Below, piece after piece: positions 21,001-25,572 of a stretch of 64,000 bases of DNA. The notes beneath the pieces are model-generated. The model made no database searches and had not been told where the DNA came from. It saw nothing but the letters and a program-made list of their open reading frames with translations. How positions within the stretch are numbered: the first letter of the stretch is position 1; each line of letters starts with the position of its first letter. The DNA is taken from assembly GCA_965247095.1 (NCBI GenBank), contig OZ251997.1, positions 2,144,001 to 2,208,000 of the forward strand, given 5' to 3'. Both the position numbers and the translations under genes were made by a program. This DNA is from Candidatus Multivorans sp. GTDB taxonomy: Bacteria > Acidobacteriota > Thermoanaerobaculia > Multivoradales > Multivoraceae.

Positions 21001-22226
21001 AGGTAAGCGGTGAGGCCCACCGGGGCCGGTTGATGCTGGAATGGGTGCACGACAGGGAGTTGTCGGTGGGGAGATCACTGAGCCTGACGGCGGAGGCCGG
21101 CGGGCGTTTCGACGGCGGCGACGCGGATCGTGGCAGCGGCGTGGAAACCGGCTTGCGTCTGGGCTTCCTGGATGCGAACAGCGGCCTGGATGTGGCGCTG
21201 CACGGCCGGGTGCTGGTAGCGCACGAAAGCGACTACCGGGACTGGGGAGCGGGCGTGCAGGCGAGTTGGGACCCGGGGGCGAAGCGGCGCGGTCTCACAT
21301 TGTCGGTGAATTCCTCGCTGGGCCAGGACGGCGGCGGCGGAACGACGCTGTGGGACAACGCAGATGCAATCACACGCACAGCCGGGCTGGGAGCCTTGGG
21401 GACCGGCTCCCAGTACCGAATGGAGAGCGAGGTGGCGTACGCCGGCATAAGGGCGCCGGGCTTACGCGGTCTGCTGACGCCGTATAGCCGGCTGCGATGG
21501 GCAGGACAGGCACGAGAGCTGGCCTTGGGCACGACTTGGAGCCTGCCGACTCGCTCGCACGCCGCGATGCCGGCCACGTTTGAGCTGGAATGCCTGAGGC
21601 GCGAGAGCACAACGGGACCGGCCGATCTGGCGGTCTTGCTGCGCGTGTCGATCCCCATGGGCGCCTCGCAGAGGGTCATCCCCCGTCCGGGCCGCGATTT
21701 CACCGTTGCGCTCCAGCTCACACCGCCGAGGGACGCGGCACCTGCTCTGGAATCGACTCCGCCAGGGTTGGCACGCTCGCCAACAGAGACAGCACGTTCC
21801 GGAGGAGAAGGGCGCGGAGTGACTATTCAGGCGGCGCTACTGCGAAGTGCGAGAGCGATGCCGCAACCCAGCTCCGCGGCACCCCCGACGGAAATCGCCG
21901 AGTTGCAAGCCCTGACGACACCGCCGCCCGAGCCTCGTCGTCAACCACAACCCGCGGAACCGGTCCCCGAGCTTTCGCCAAGCGGAGACATCCTCGTTCA
22001 AGTCGGCGCTTTTCGGAGCGGGGAGAAGGCCGCCCGGCTAACACACGAGCTGCGGCAAGAGGGCTATGCAGCGAACACGATCGAAGGCAGCGACTATGAC
22101 CGCGTCGTCGTTGGGCCATTCGCCAGCCGAACCGAAGCTGCCAACGCACGATCGCAGCTAGATCAGCAAGGCTACGAGGGATACCTTCGAGCCGACCTGG
22201 CGCACCGGCTGCCGCCTACGCGATAG
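1..22226 (+). CDS. Giant repetitive surface adhesin / autotransporter-like protein (cadherin-like, VCBS-like, FN3 x13, Calx-beta-like x~41, beta-barrel, C-terminal SPOR); 5'-partial
   Basis: 7393-aa ORF 45..22226. The frame is open from base 3 (YENAADADTNNTYLV, a cadherin-like motif), so the true start lies upstream. Motifs: PNYEDPHDEDTDNEYEV, GAWTYTLDN, FN3 W...Y...YTFEIQA, acidic DDD linkers, WGQG...PY beta-strands, VQVGAF...RVVVGPF. Confidence 0.9.
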   Translation, partial: YENAADADTNNTYLVTVEADDGTDTGTLAVTVTVTDVASAAPVFVGYGTTADFTYEENGTAAVQAFTVTTQDSSDSVYVHISTGDDDDDFVGVWSNGTFTLAFDRQPNYEDPHDEDTDNEYEVNLQAVAVGSTILVSSLVIDVTVTDVEEDPLFGGDTGGFVTEDDSTTTVSGTLTVNDDDDTTIIAQSNTAGTYGSFSITSTGAWTYTLDNTDPSTNALDVGEDVTESFTVYASDGTSQDVVITISGYDDAPAVTGPTAPLYAENGTDPVAIYSAIDPEGHSFQWAFLGDDTTRFSYSRIANTPDIELNFVSTDRPDYETPADTNSDNAYELALLPYASGTRTGYPYYVTVSVTDVNEAPTFDEGSSTTRSIDENSPPGTPVGNAVTATDPDTNTAYSSLAYSLSGTDASSFDIHATTGQISVANGATLDWESKTSYSVTVEVSDRRHAGGAPDSTIDDTIAVTINVNDASINLAVNTTSVAEDDGATTVTVTATLDGGAIGSATTVSVSVAGSGTNTAVDFAAVTTFNINIPANVSSATGTFTLTPTDDTVDETDETVTVTGIAGTLTVASATLSLTDDETTPTVTLALDDNSVSENGGQATVTASLSGASSAVTTVTVSAAAVPPAVAADLTLTGTTLTIAAGDTSSTGLVTITGVDNNVAASNKTVNVSASVSGGNGVAAPAGTTLTLEDDDAAGITLSVSQASVAEDADPTDVTVTATVTDGNTLAAAQSVTVAVGTAGDAASEGEDYETVADFTITIEAGSTSETGTFSLDPTDDELDEGTGETLSVGGSTTGGATVTGTTVTITDNDAAPSGITLSVSPTIVIEGAGPTTVTVTATVEGGTTYATAQGVTVEVGAAGDAATEGTDYAAVDDFTVTIPAGSTSDTGTFSLDATDDELDEGNGETLSVSGTLSGVTVTPAAVTITDEAPSPPAAPTNLTATAGNAQVTLAWEDPGDSSITGYRYLQSTDGGMTFGTGTTITGSGANTTSYVVDQVTSGTAYTFKVQAQNPGGWSASSNEATATPQQPPPGAPTNFIATAGNAQVTLAWANPNDSNITAYRYRQSTDGGTTFGTFTTITGSGANTTSHVVDQLTNGAAYTFEIQAQNTGGWSDLSTQATATPIAPPVVPTNLAATAGNGIVILGWADPRDSSITAYRYRQSTDGGATFGAFTTISGSGANTTSHVVDQLTSGTAYTFEIQAKNAGGWSGSSNRATATPIAPPGAPTNFIATASNAQVTLAWANPNDSNITAYRYRQSTDGGATFGTFTTIAGSGASTTSHVVDQLTNGTAYTFEIQAQNAGGWSTSSIQATATPMVPAGTPTGLTATAGNGIVTLGWANPSDPSILRYRYRQSTDGGATFGAFVTIAGSGANTTSHIVTGLTNGSTYTFEIQAQRSFGWSPSSNRASAALLTAPPVAPTVLTATAGNGIVTLEWENPNDTNITAYRYRQSTDGGATFGAFVTIAGSGASTTSHVVGQLTNGTAYTFEIQAQNTVGWSASSNQDTATPIEPLGAPTSLTATAGNAQVTLGWANPNDTSITAYRYRQSTNGGVSFGVFATIAGSGANTTSHVVIQLTNGTAYTFEIQAQRSAVWSASSNQAAATPIAPPDSPLNLTATAGNGTAILGWAEPDDASITAYRYRQSTDGGTTFGAFTTIAGSSASTTSHIVSQLTNGTAYTFEIQAQRSSDWSASSNQATATPFAPPAAPTSFTATTGNGQVTLDWAEPYDSSITAYRYRQSTDGGTTFGAFTTITGSGANTTSHVVAQLTNGTAYTFEIQAQNASGWSASSNRAAATPIVPTATPTGLTATAGNAQVTLGWADPNDSSITAYRYRQSTNGGVSFGAFVTIAGSGAATTSHVVSQLTNGIAYTFEIQAQRSSGWSASSNQATATPFAPPDAPTSFTATAGDGRVTLGWAEPYDRSSITAYRYRQSTDGGTTFGAFRTITGSGASTTSHTVSQLTNGTEYTFEVQAQNASGWSVSSSQATVAPQIASPAAPAGLNATAGNAQVTLAWVDPSDSGITAYRYRQSTDGGTFGDFTTIAGSGASTKSHVVGQLTNGTAYTFEIQAQNAGGWSASSNQTTVTPQIQPPGAATGLTATAGNGQVTLGWVNPSGSGMTASRYRKSTDGGLTFGAFTTITGSGASHVVDQLTNNTSYTFVVQAGNAGGWSTSSNEATATPIQPLVASFAASSYRTTEGGTAAAVTVSLDQTSDRALTIPITTDPTSGDFSLSSTSLTFASGDQSKTFTVTASEDADLDDDTVELGFGTLPTAVTAGNQATATVALEDDDGAALQVSFGASTYTAIENGAAVTVTVSLDATSDRALTIPITTDPATGDFSLSADSLSFAVGDQSKTFTVTASEDADLDDDTVTLSFGTLPTGVTAGSQATVALEDDDGAALQVSFGASTYTAIENGAAVTVTVSLDATSDRALTIPITTDPATGDFSLSADSLSFASGDQSKTFTVTASEDADLDDDTVELGFGTLPTAVTAGSQAAATVALEDDDGAALQVSFGASTYTAIENGAAVTVTVSLDATSDRALTIPITTDPATGDFSLSADSLSFAVGDQSKTFTVTASEDADLDDDTVTLSFGTLPTAVTAGSQATATVALEDDDGAALQVSFGASTYTAIENGAAVTVTVSLDATSDRALTIPITTDPATGDFSLSADSLSFAVGDQSKTFTVTASEDADLDDDTVTLSFGTLPTGVTAGSQAAATVALEDDDGAALQVSFGASTYTAIEGEAAVTVTVSLDATSDRALTIPITTDPATGDFSLSADSLSFAVGDQSKTFTVTASEDADLDDDTVTLSFGTLPTGVTAGSQAAATVALEDDDGAALQVSFGASTYTAIEGEAAVTVTVSLDATSDRALTIPITTDPTSGDFSLSSTSLTFASGDQSKTFTVTASEDADLDDDTVELGFGTLPTAVTAGNQATVTVALEDDDGAALQVSFGASTYTAIENGAAVTVTVSLDATSDRALTIPITTDPTSGDFSLSSTSLTFASGDQSKTFTVTASEDADLDDDTVELGFGTLPTAVTAGNQATATVALEDDDGAALQVTFGASTYTAIENGAAVTVTVSLDATSDRALTIPITTDPTSGDFSLSSTSLTFASGDQSKTFTVTASEDADLDDDTVELGFGTLPTAVTAGNQAAATVALEDDDGAALQVSFGASTYTAIENGAAVTVTVSLDATSDRALTIPITTDPTSGDFSLSATSLTFASGDQSKAFTVTASEDADLDDETVTLSFGTLPTGVTAGTPSSAAVTLEDDDDDAEALTVTFGKSTYTAIENGAAASVTVGLDKMSDRALTIPISLSPSTGDFSASSTSLSFAAGDQTKTITVTASEDADLDDETVTLSFGTLPTGVTAGTPSSAAVTLEDDDDDAEALTVTFGKSTYTAIENGAAASVTVGLDKMSDRALTIPISLSPSTGDFSASSTSLSFAAGDQTKTITVTASEDADLDDETVTLSFGTLPTGVTAGTPSSAAVTLEDDDDDAEALTVTFGASTYTAIENGAAAAVTVGLDKMSDRALTIPITLSPSTGDFSASSTSLSFAAGDRTKTITVTASEDADLADETVTLSFGTLPTGVTAGTPSSAAVTLEDDDDAAEALTVTFGKSTYTAIENGAAASVTVGLDKMADRALTIPITLSPSTGDFSASSTSLSFAAGDQTKTITVTASEDADLDDETVTLSFGTLPTGVTAGTPSSAAVTLEDDDDAAEALTVTFGKSTYTAIENGTAAAVTVGLDKMADRALTIPITLSPSTGDFSASSTSLSFAAGDQTKTITVTASEDTDLDDETVTLSFGTLPTGVTAGTPSSAAVTLEDDDDAAEALTVTFGASTYTAIENGAAVTVTVSLDATSDRALTIPISLSPSTGDFSASSTSLSFAAGDQTKTITVTASEDADLDDETVTLSFGTLPTGVTAGTPSSAAVTLEDDDDAAEALTVTFGASTYTAIENGAAVTVTVGLDKMADRALTIPITLSPSTGDFSASSTSLSFAAGDQTKTITVTASEDADLDDETVTLSFGTLPTGVTAGTPSSAAVTLEDDDDDAEALTVTFAASTYTAIENGAAASVTVGLDKMADRALTIPITLSPSTGDFSASSTSLSFAAGDQTKTITVTASEDTDLDDETVTLSFGTLPTGVTAGTPSSAAVTLEDDDDAAEALTVTFGASTYTAIENGAAVTVTVSLDATSDRALTIPISLSPSTGDFSASSTSLSFAAGDQTKTITVTASEDADLDDETVTLSFGTLPTGVTAGTPSSAAVTLEDDDDDAEALTVTFAASTYTAIENGAAASVTVGLDKMADRALTIPITLSPSTGDFSASSTSLSFAAGDQTKTITVTASEDADLDDETVTLSFGTLPTGVTAGTPSSAAVTLEDDDDDAEALTVTFAASTYTAIENGAAASVTVGLDKMADRALTIPISLSPSTGDFSASSTSLSFAAGDQTKTITVTASEDADLDDETVTLSFGTLPTGVTAGTPSSAAVTLEDDDDAAEALTVTFGKSTYTAIENGTAAAVTVGLDKMADRALTIPISLSPSTGDFSASSTSLSFAAGDQTKTITVTASEDADLDDETVTLSFGTLPTGVTAGTPSSAAVTLEDDDDAAEALTVTFGKSTYTAIENGTAAAVTVGLDKMADRALTIPITLSPSTGDFSASSTSLSFAAGDQTKTITVTASEDADLDDETVTLSFGTLPTGVTAGTPSSAAVTLEDDDDDAEALTVTFGKSTYTAIENGTAAAVTVSLDATSDRALTIPISLSPSTGDFSASSTSLSFAAGDQTKTITVTASEDADLDDETVTLSFGTLPTGVTAGTPSSAAVTLEDDDDAAEALTVTFGKSTYTAIENGTAAAVTVGLDKMADRALTIPISLSPSTGDFSASSTSLSFAAGDQTKTITVTASEDADLDDETVTLSFGTLPTGVTAGTPSSAAVTLEDDDDDAEALTVTFGKSTYTAIENGAAASVTVGLDKMSDRALTIPISLSPSTGDFSASSTSLSFAAGDQTKTITVTASEDADLDDETVTLSFGTLPTGVTAGTPSSAAVTLEDDDDDAEALTVTFGASTYTAIENGAAAAVTVGLDKMSDRALTIPITLSPSTGDFSASSTSLSFAAGDRTKTITVTASEDADLADETVTLSFGTLPTGVTAGTPSSAAVTLEDDDDAAEALTVTFGKSTYTAIENGAAASVTVGLDKMADRALTIPITLSPSTGDFSASSTSLSFAAGDQTKTITVTASEDADLDDETVTLSFGTLPTGVTAGTPSSAAVTLEDDDDDAEALTVTFGKSTYTAIENGTAAAVTVGLDKMADRALTIPITLSPSTGDFSASSTSLSFAAGDQTKTITVTASEDTDLDDETVTLSFGTLPTGVTAGTPSSAAVTLEDDDDAAEALTVTFGASTYTAIENGAAVTVTVSLDATSDRALTIPISLSPSTGDFSASSTSLSFAAGDQTKTITVTASEDADLDDETVTLSFGTLPTGVTAGTPSSAAVTLEDDDDAAEALTVTFGASTYTAIENGAAVTVTVGLDKMADRALTIPITLSPSTGDFSASSTSLSFAAGDQTKTITVTASEDADLDDETVTLSFGTLPTGVTAGTPSSAAVTLEDDDDDAEALTVTFAASTYTAIENGAAASVTVGLDKMADRALTIPITLSPSTGDFSASSTSLSFAAGDQTKTITVTASEDTDLDDETVTLSFGTLPTGVTAGTPSSAAVTLEDDDDAAEALTVTFGASTYTAIENGAAVTVTVSLDATSDRALTIPISLSPSTGDFSASSTSLSFAAGDQTKTITVTASEDADLDDETVTLSFGTLPTGVTAGTPSSAAVTLEDDDDAAEALTVTFGASTYTAIENGAAVTVTVGLDKMADRALTIPITLSPSTGDFSASSTSLSFAAGDQTKTITVTASEDADLDDETVTLSFGTLPTGVTAGTPSSAAVTLEDDDDDAEALTVTFAASTYTAIENGAAASVTVGLDKMADRALTIPISLSPSTGDFSASSTSLSFAAGDQTKTITVTASEDADLDDETVTLSFGTLPTGVTAGTPSSAAVTLEDDDDAATSLTATFGASTYTAIEGERGVSVTVSVDQAADRALTIPITTDPSSGDFTGPAEVVFAVGDDSKTITVTATDDPDLDDETVRLSFGALPTNVSAGSRAATTVTLVDDDRAELTVTLGAGGTEGGTTYTATEGGTGAQVPVSLGQSADRSIVIPITTDPASGDFTLSATSLSFAVGDETKTITVTATDDPDLEDETVTLGLGALPVDVSAGSQATTTVTLVDDDRTPLTVTFAAETYTAKENGTEAEVRVALDQAADREVRIPITTDPASGDFTGPAEVVFAVGDDSKTITVTATDDPDLDDETVRLSFGTLPVDVSEGGQATTTVTLVDDDRTPLTVTFAAETYTAKENGTEAEVRVVLDQAADREVRISITADPATGDFALSATQVVFAVGDESKTVTVTASEDPDLDDERVTLGFGTLPVDVSAGSPSATTVTLVDDDEVPLVVSFGAASYEATEGGPAATVTVALDQAADREVTIPLTTDPETGDFALSATQVVFAVDDATKTITVTASEDPDRDDETVELGFGTLPVDVSAGSPSATTVTLVDKTLLELEVSFVQADYQMREGVEALIEVQVSPAADRRVEVPLEVTPEGGASEADYRMPVSVVIEEGESQGTVTMEVHADEVNDPGESVVVGLAGMPEAVSAGDLSATQVHFRQWRTTEQFSQTLEAIAAVIARTMGDSAQTAIEGRFERHRQRSRSGQSVDTMPTLQPGSVALSDQTHISPSPGSVIAPSRRVYGQQNRLHGSGAGAGPLGPGSRGFSGVRDHLFSLSGVSFEMSSGAFETSLGESEKETNWVPVLWGQGNLHHFSGDLKRMGMNYRGGLEAAHVGLDLFADDQVLAGLSFMRSRGHLDYTDDGIDAVLLESRMNTVHPYLHWQPNERLSVWGIGGLGWGQVDATEPGRAHDFDADFLMFAGGVRAVLGGRANNEWGLRADAFTAQLQTDASKDIAKVSGEAHRGRLMLEWVHDRELSVGRSLSLTAEAGGRFDGGDADRGSGVETGLRLGFLDANSGLDVALHGRVLVAHESDYRDWGAGVQASWDPGAKRRGLTLSVNSSLGQDGGGGTTLWDNADAITRTAGLGALGTGSQYRMESEVAYAGIRAPGLRGLLTPYSRLRWAGQARELALGTTWSLPTRSHAAMPATFELECLRRESTTGPADLAVLLRVSIPMGASQRVIPRPGRDFTVALQLTPPRDAAPALESTPPGLARSPTETARSGGEGRGVTIQAALLRSARAMPQPSSAAPPTEIAELQALTTPPPEPRRQPQPAEPVPELSPSGDILVQVGAFRSGEKAARLTHELRQEGYAANTIEGSDYDRVVVGPFASRTEAANARSQLDQQGYEGYLRADLAHRLPPTR
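2806..6550 (+). repeat. 13 tandem fibronectin type III coding repeats (~288 bp period)
   Basis: Unit PxxPTxLTATAGNxxVTLxW...ITAYRYRQSTDGG...LTNGTAYTFEIQAQN counted 13 times; copies moderately diverged. Confidence 0.9.
6559..9820 (+). repeat. 10 tandem 327-bp (109-aa) Calx-beta-like coding repeats, type A
   Basis: LEDDDGAALQV recurs at about 6861, 7182, 7509, 7836, 8163, 8490, 8818, 9144 and 9471 (period 327; one unit is 321). Confidence 0.88.
9821..18145 (+). repeat. 25 near-identical tandem 333-bp (111-aa) Calx-beta-like coding repeats, type B
   Basis: Antisense shadow ORFs recur exactly every 333 bp from 9854 to 17846 (25 copies); unit ends in LEDDDD(D/A)AEAL. Confidence 0.92.
18146..20120 (+). 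repeat. About 6 diverged Calx-beta-like repeats
   Basis: Same fold signature (VTFxxxTYxAxE...DRxxxIP...DxDxDDETV...TVTLVDDD) at lower identity. Confidence 0.75.
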
Positions 22227-22241
22227 CGTGCGTCGGGGCCA

Positions 22242-22688
22242 GAGGCGGCGGCGTTCGTCGAGCCGGCCGCCTGTGTGCTGCGCGGAATCGATCGTGCCGG
22301 GTTGCCGAGCGAAGCGCCGGAGGTGGTCGTCGTCGGCGTCGGGTCCATGGGTCTACTCCATCTGCTGGTCCTGCGTGCGGTGTTCCCGGAGACCCGGATC
22401 GTCGTCGCCGAGCCCGACCGCGGCCGCCGGGAGATTGCACGGCAACTCGGCGCCGATGCCGCCGTCGCGCCCAAGCGGATCGTCGAGGCCTCGGGTAACG
22501 CCAGACCGTCGGGCGGCGCCGATGCCGTCTTCGAGACCGCCGGCGGTCAGGCCGCCTTCGACCTGCTACATCGCGGTGTGTTGGATCCGACTCGCCTGGT
22601 GACGCACCGCCTTCCGCTCGACCGAGCCGCGGAGGCCGTTGAACTGTGCCGACGGAGGGCAGCGTTGAAGGTACTGTTGCACCCATGA
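22242..22688 (+). pseudogene. 5'-truncated, internally deleted copy of the Zn-dependent dehydrogenase at 29441..30457
   Basis: EAAAFVEPAACVLRGIDRAGLPSEAPEVVV matches the intact gene from about 29850. The N-terminal catalytic domain is absent and 162 bp are missing internally. Confidence 0.88.
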
Positions 22689-22719
22689 CAGCCGACCCGT
22701 CGACGAGCCGATCCAGGTC

Positions 22720-23592
22720 GTGATCCCGAAGCAATACACGCAGGCGTTCCTGGTCGCACCCCGCAGTGTCGAGTTGAAGCAGCTTCCGATGCCCGAGCCG
22801 GGGCCGGGCGAATCGTTGATGCGGGTGGACGCCGCCACCGTCTGCGCCACGGACATCAAGGTCTACCGCCGCGGCAGCCATCCGACCATGCTGACCCTGC
22901 CGGCGCCCTTCGGCCACGAGGTCACCGGCACGATCGTCCGTTCCGATGCGGACGCCCTGTTCGAGGAGGGCGACGCCGTAGTGGTAGCCAACAGCGCCTT
23001 GTGCGGACACTGTCAGCCCTGTCGGCACAGCCGCGAAAACCTCTGCCGTGAACTTGTGTACCTGAACGGCGCCTTCTCCAACTACTTCCTGATCCCCGCA
23101 GCGGTCGCGACGCGCAGTGTGCACCGGCGGCCGCCGGGCCTCGAGCCCGCGATAGCGTCGCTGGCCGAACCCCTGGCCTGTGCCGTCCACTGCCTCGAGC
23201 CCTGCCTCGCCGCCTGGGGCGGCCCGCCGACTGAGGCCCGGGCACTGGTCATCGGCTGCGGCGCCCTGGGCCTGATGCTGATCGACCTGCTTCACAGCGT
23301 TCGCACCAGGGTCACCGCGCTCGACCCGCATCCGGAGCGGCTCGAACTGGCGGCCGCGTTCGGCGCCGTTGAGACGCACTGCGAGCGCGCCGGCGATGGC
23401 GGCTCCCAGCCGAGCGACTGTTCGATTTCACCGTCGACGCGACCGGCACCCCAACTGGCTGGAACCACGCGGTTGTCTCTCGCGCGCCGGGCGGCGTCGC
23501 CGCCCTCTTCGGAGGTTGCCGGCAAGGCACCGAGCTGACTCTGAACGCCGAACGGATTCACTACCAGGAACAGACCCAGCTCGGCGCCTACC
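22720..23592 (+). pseudogene. Frameshifted, 3'-truncated copy of the Zn-dependent dehydrogenase at 30496..31539
   Basis: MIPKQYTQAFL... is colinear with MIPKHQTQAFL. A 1-nt loss near 23416 (gcgactgttc vs gcgaactgttc) shifts the frame; homology stops at about 23592. Confidence 0.88.
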
Positions 23593-23993
23593 TGGCAATC
23601 AAGATCTGGGAGCCGACGTCTCGGGCCTCCTCGCCGCGGGCGGCATCGCCGGGCTCACGATCGGCTTCGCGGCCCGCGACACGCTGGCCAACCTGTTCGC
23701 CGGCATCTTCATCTTCTCGGACGGCCCCTACAAGATCGGCGACTTCATCACGCTGGACTCGGGCGAACGCGGCATGGTCACCGAGATCGGCATCCGCAGC
23801 ACCCGCCTGCTCACGCGCGGCGACATCGAGATCACGATCCCCAACGCAGTGATGGGCAACGCCAAGATCAACAACGAGAGCGGCGGCCCGCAGGTCAAGT
23901 ACCGGATCCGGGTCCGGGTCGGGGTCGCCTACGGCAGCGATGTGGACCACATCGAAGCGGTCCAGCTCCAGGTGGCCACCGACAACGACAAGG

Positions 23994-25572
23994 TAGTGCT
24001 TTCCAATCCTGAAATGAGCGTGAACGGGACCGTCATGGAGAGTCGAGTCGGGTCGGTCTCGGGGTAGTTCTGGGGCGGCAGACGGTTCTGCACCGTCTGC
24101 CGCCTAGGGTAGCGCCCGCTGCGAGGCCGCGGCGGGTTACGGGCGTTGTGTTCCGGCCTGGGCCGATGGTGTTGTGCGGTGTATGGCATCGGGCTGCGCG
24201 GTCTGCGGTTCAGGCGCTCCGGCGCCGGTGGGGATCGGACTCCCGGTCGATGAGTTCAAAGAGTCTGGCACGAGCCAGCTTGAGGGCGATCGCGGCGTCG
24301 AGGTCGCTCGTGGCGCCGGCCTGGTCTTCGAGGGCGGCGATGGTGACGCCGGGCCTGAGGTACCGCTCCGCGTCCGGCAGGGACTTGAGCTTCTCGAACG
24401 GCGTCATGGTGTCCTGGTAGCGGTAGCGTTTCCTGGTGCGGCCCTTCCTGTCGGTGACCTCGGTGGGAAACAGGCACGGGCGATGGAAGTTGAGGAAGGG
24501 GGTGAGCACATCGCGTGCGAAGACGTTGATCTCGCGGGCGAAGAGCTTGGGGATGTGCCGGTATCCGAACTGGCGCCGGATCACGTTGCCGTTCTTGCTC
24601 TCGACCAGGGCGTTGTCGTTGGTGTGCCGGCTGCGGGACTTGGTGAACTCGGGGACGTGCAGTTGGTTGAGCATCTCGGCGACCTTGCGGTTGATGTACT
24701 CGGAGCCGTTGTCGGCGTGGAAGCCCAGCACCTTGAAGGGGCAGGACTCGATGAGCTCCTTGAGCACCGGCACGAGACACCGTTGGGAGATGGCCCGTAC
24801 CGTCGCCACGTGCTCCCACTGCAACACCTCGTCCACGAGGTTGATGTGGTACACGCCCTTCTCGCCGTCTTTGTCCCCCTGATGCACCGTGTCCACCCGC
24901 AGGTAGCCCGGCTTCCCCTCCGGCTGGGGCTTGCGTCGTTCCCCGATCCCGACCGCGGTCGACCGCGTCTTCTTGAACGTCGTCCGGCGCCGCTGGTAGG
25001 TGGTCGACTTGCGCAGGTTGTAGAACTGGCCGTTCGAGATCACAGCCAGACGCTCGAAGCGCTCGTCGCCGTACACCTCGAACTGGCGCCGCATCACCGC
25101 CCGCGTGCTGTGACCGCACATCTGGCCCAGTGCCGCGTCGACCTCGGCGAGAAGGCCGATGTCGGCCTTCGTGTAACGCCGCCCGAATGCGTGAGGCGGC
25201 GCACCGCGGCGGTCCTCGATGCGGCCCGTCTCCCGGTGCTGCCGGATCAGCCGCGTCAACTGCGACTCGGACTTCCCGGTCATCTTCATCAGGTAGCGCC
25301 GAATCATGCCCTTGTCGCGCCTCACAAGCGCCCGGTAGCGGAACCTGACCAGCGTCTCACGGATGAACTCGTACGTCGATCCGCGGTCCACCACCACGAA
25401 GTCCACCGCCTCGTTGCCGGCCACGAAACTGCGGACCTCACAAAGAGTCTGAAGTCGGCCTGTCTGGAGCGTCACGATCATCCTCCGATGATCCCCGATA
25501 CCGGCGCTTCACGCTCACTTCTCGCTGGATTCACGCACCCCGCTCACGCTCACTTCTCGCTGGACAGCTCTA
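23994..25572 (-). mobile_element. Insertion sequence (~1.58 kb) with DDE integrase-like transposase (IS481/ISNCY-like; family not settled)
   Basis: Imperfect terminal IRs TAGTGCTTTCCA...TGAGCGTGAACGGG vs TAGAGCTGTCCA...TGAGCGTGAGCGGG. Flanked by AGG (or AAGGT) target duplication; removing the element restores mscS codons GAC AAG GTG TGC. Confidence 0.9.
24210..25481 (-). CDS. DDE-type (rve-like) transposase
   Basis: 423 aa; PGYLRVDTV, HADNGSEYIN and DNALVESKNG supply D, D and E motifs. Confidence 0.9.
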   Translation of the reverse strand: MIVTLQTGRLQTLCEVRSFVAGNEAVDFVVVDRGSTYEFIRETLVRFRYRALVRRDKGMIRRYLMKMTGKSESQLTRLIRQHRETGRIEDRRGAPPHAFGRRYTKADIGLLAEVDAALGQMCGHSTRAVMRRQFEVYGDERFERLAVISNGQFYNLRKSTTYQRRRTTFKKTRSTAVGIGERRKPQPEGKPGYLRVDTVHQGDKDGEKGVYHINLVDEVLQWEHVATVRAISQRCLVPVLKELIESCPFKVLGFHADNGSEYINRKVAEMLNQLHVPEFTKSRSRHTNDNALVESKNGNVIRRQFGYRHIPKLFAREINVFARDVLTPFLNFHRPCLFPTEVTDRKGRTRKRYRYQDTMTPFEKLKSLPDAERYLRPGVTIAALEDQAGATSDLDAAIALKLARARLFELIDRESDPHRRRSA

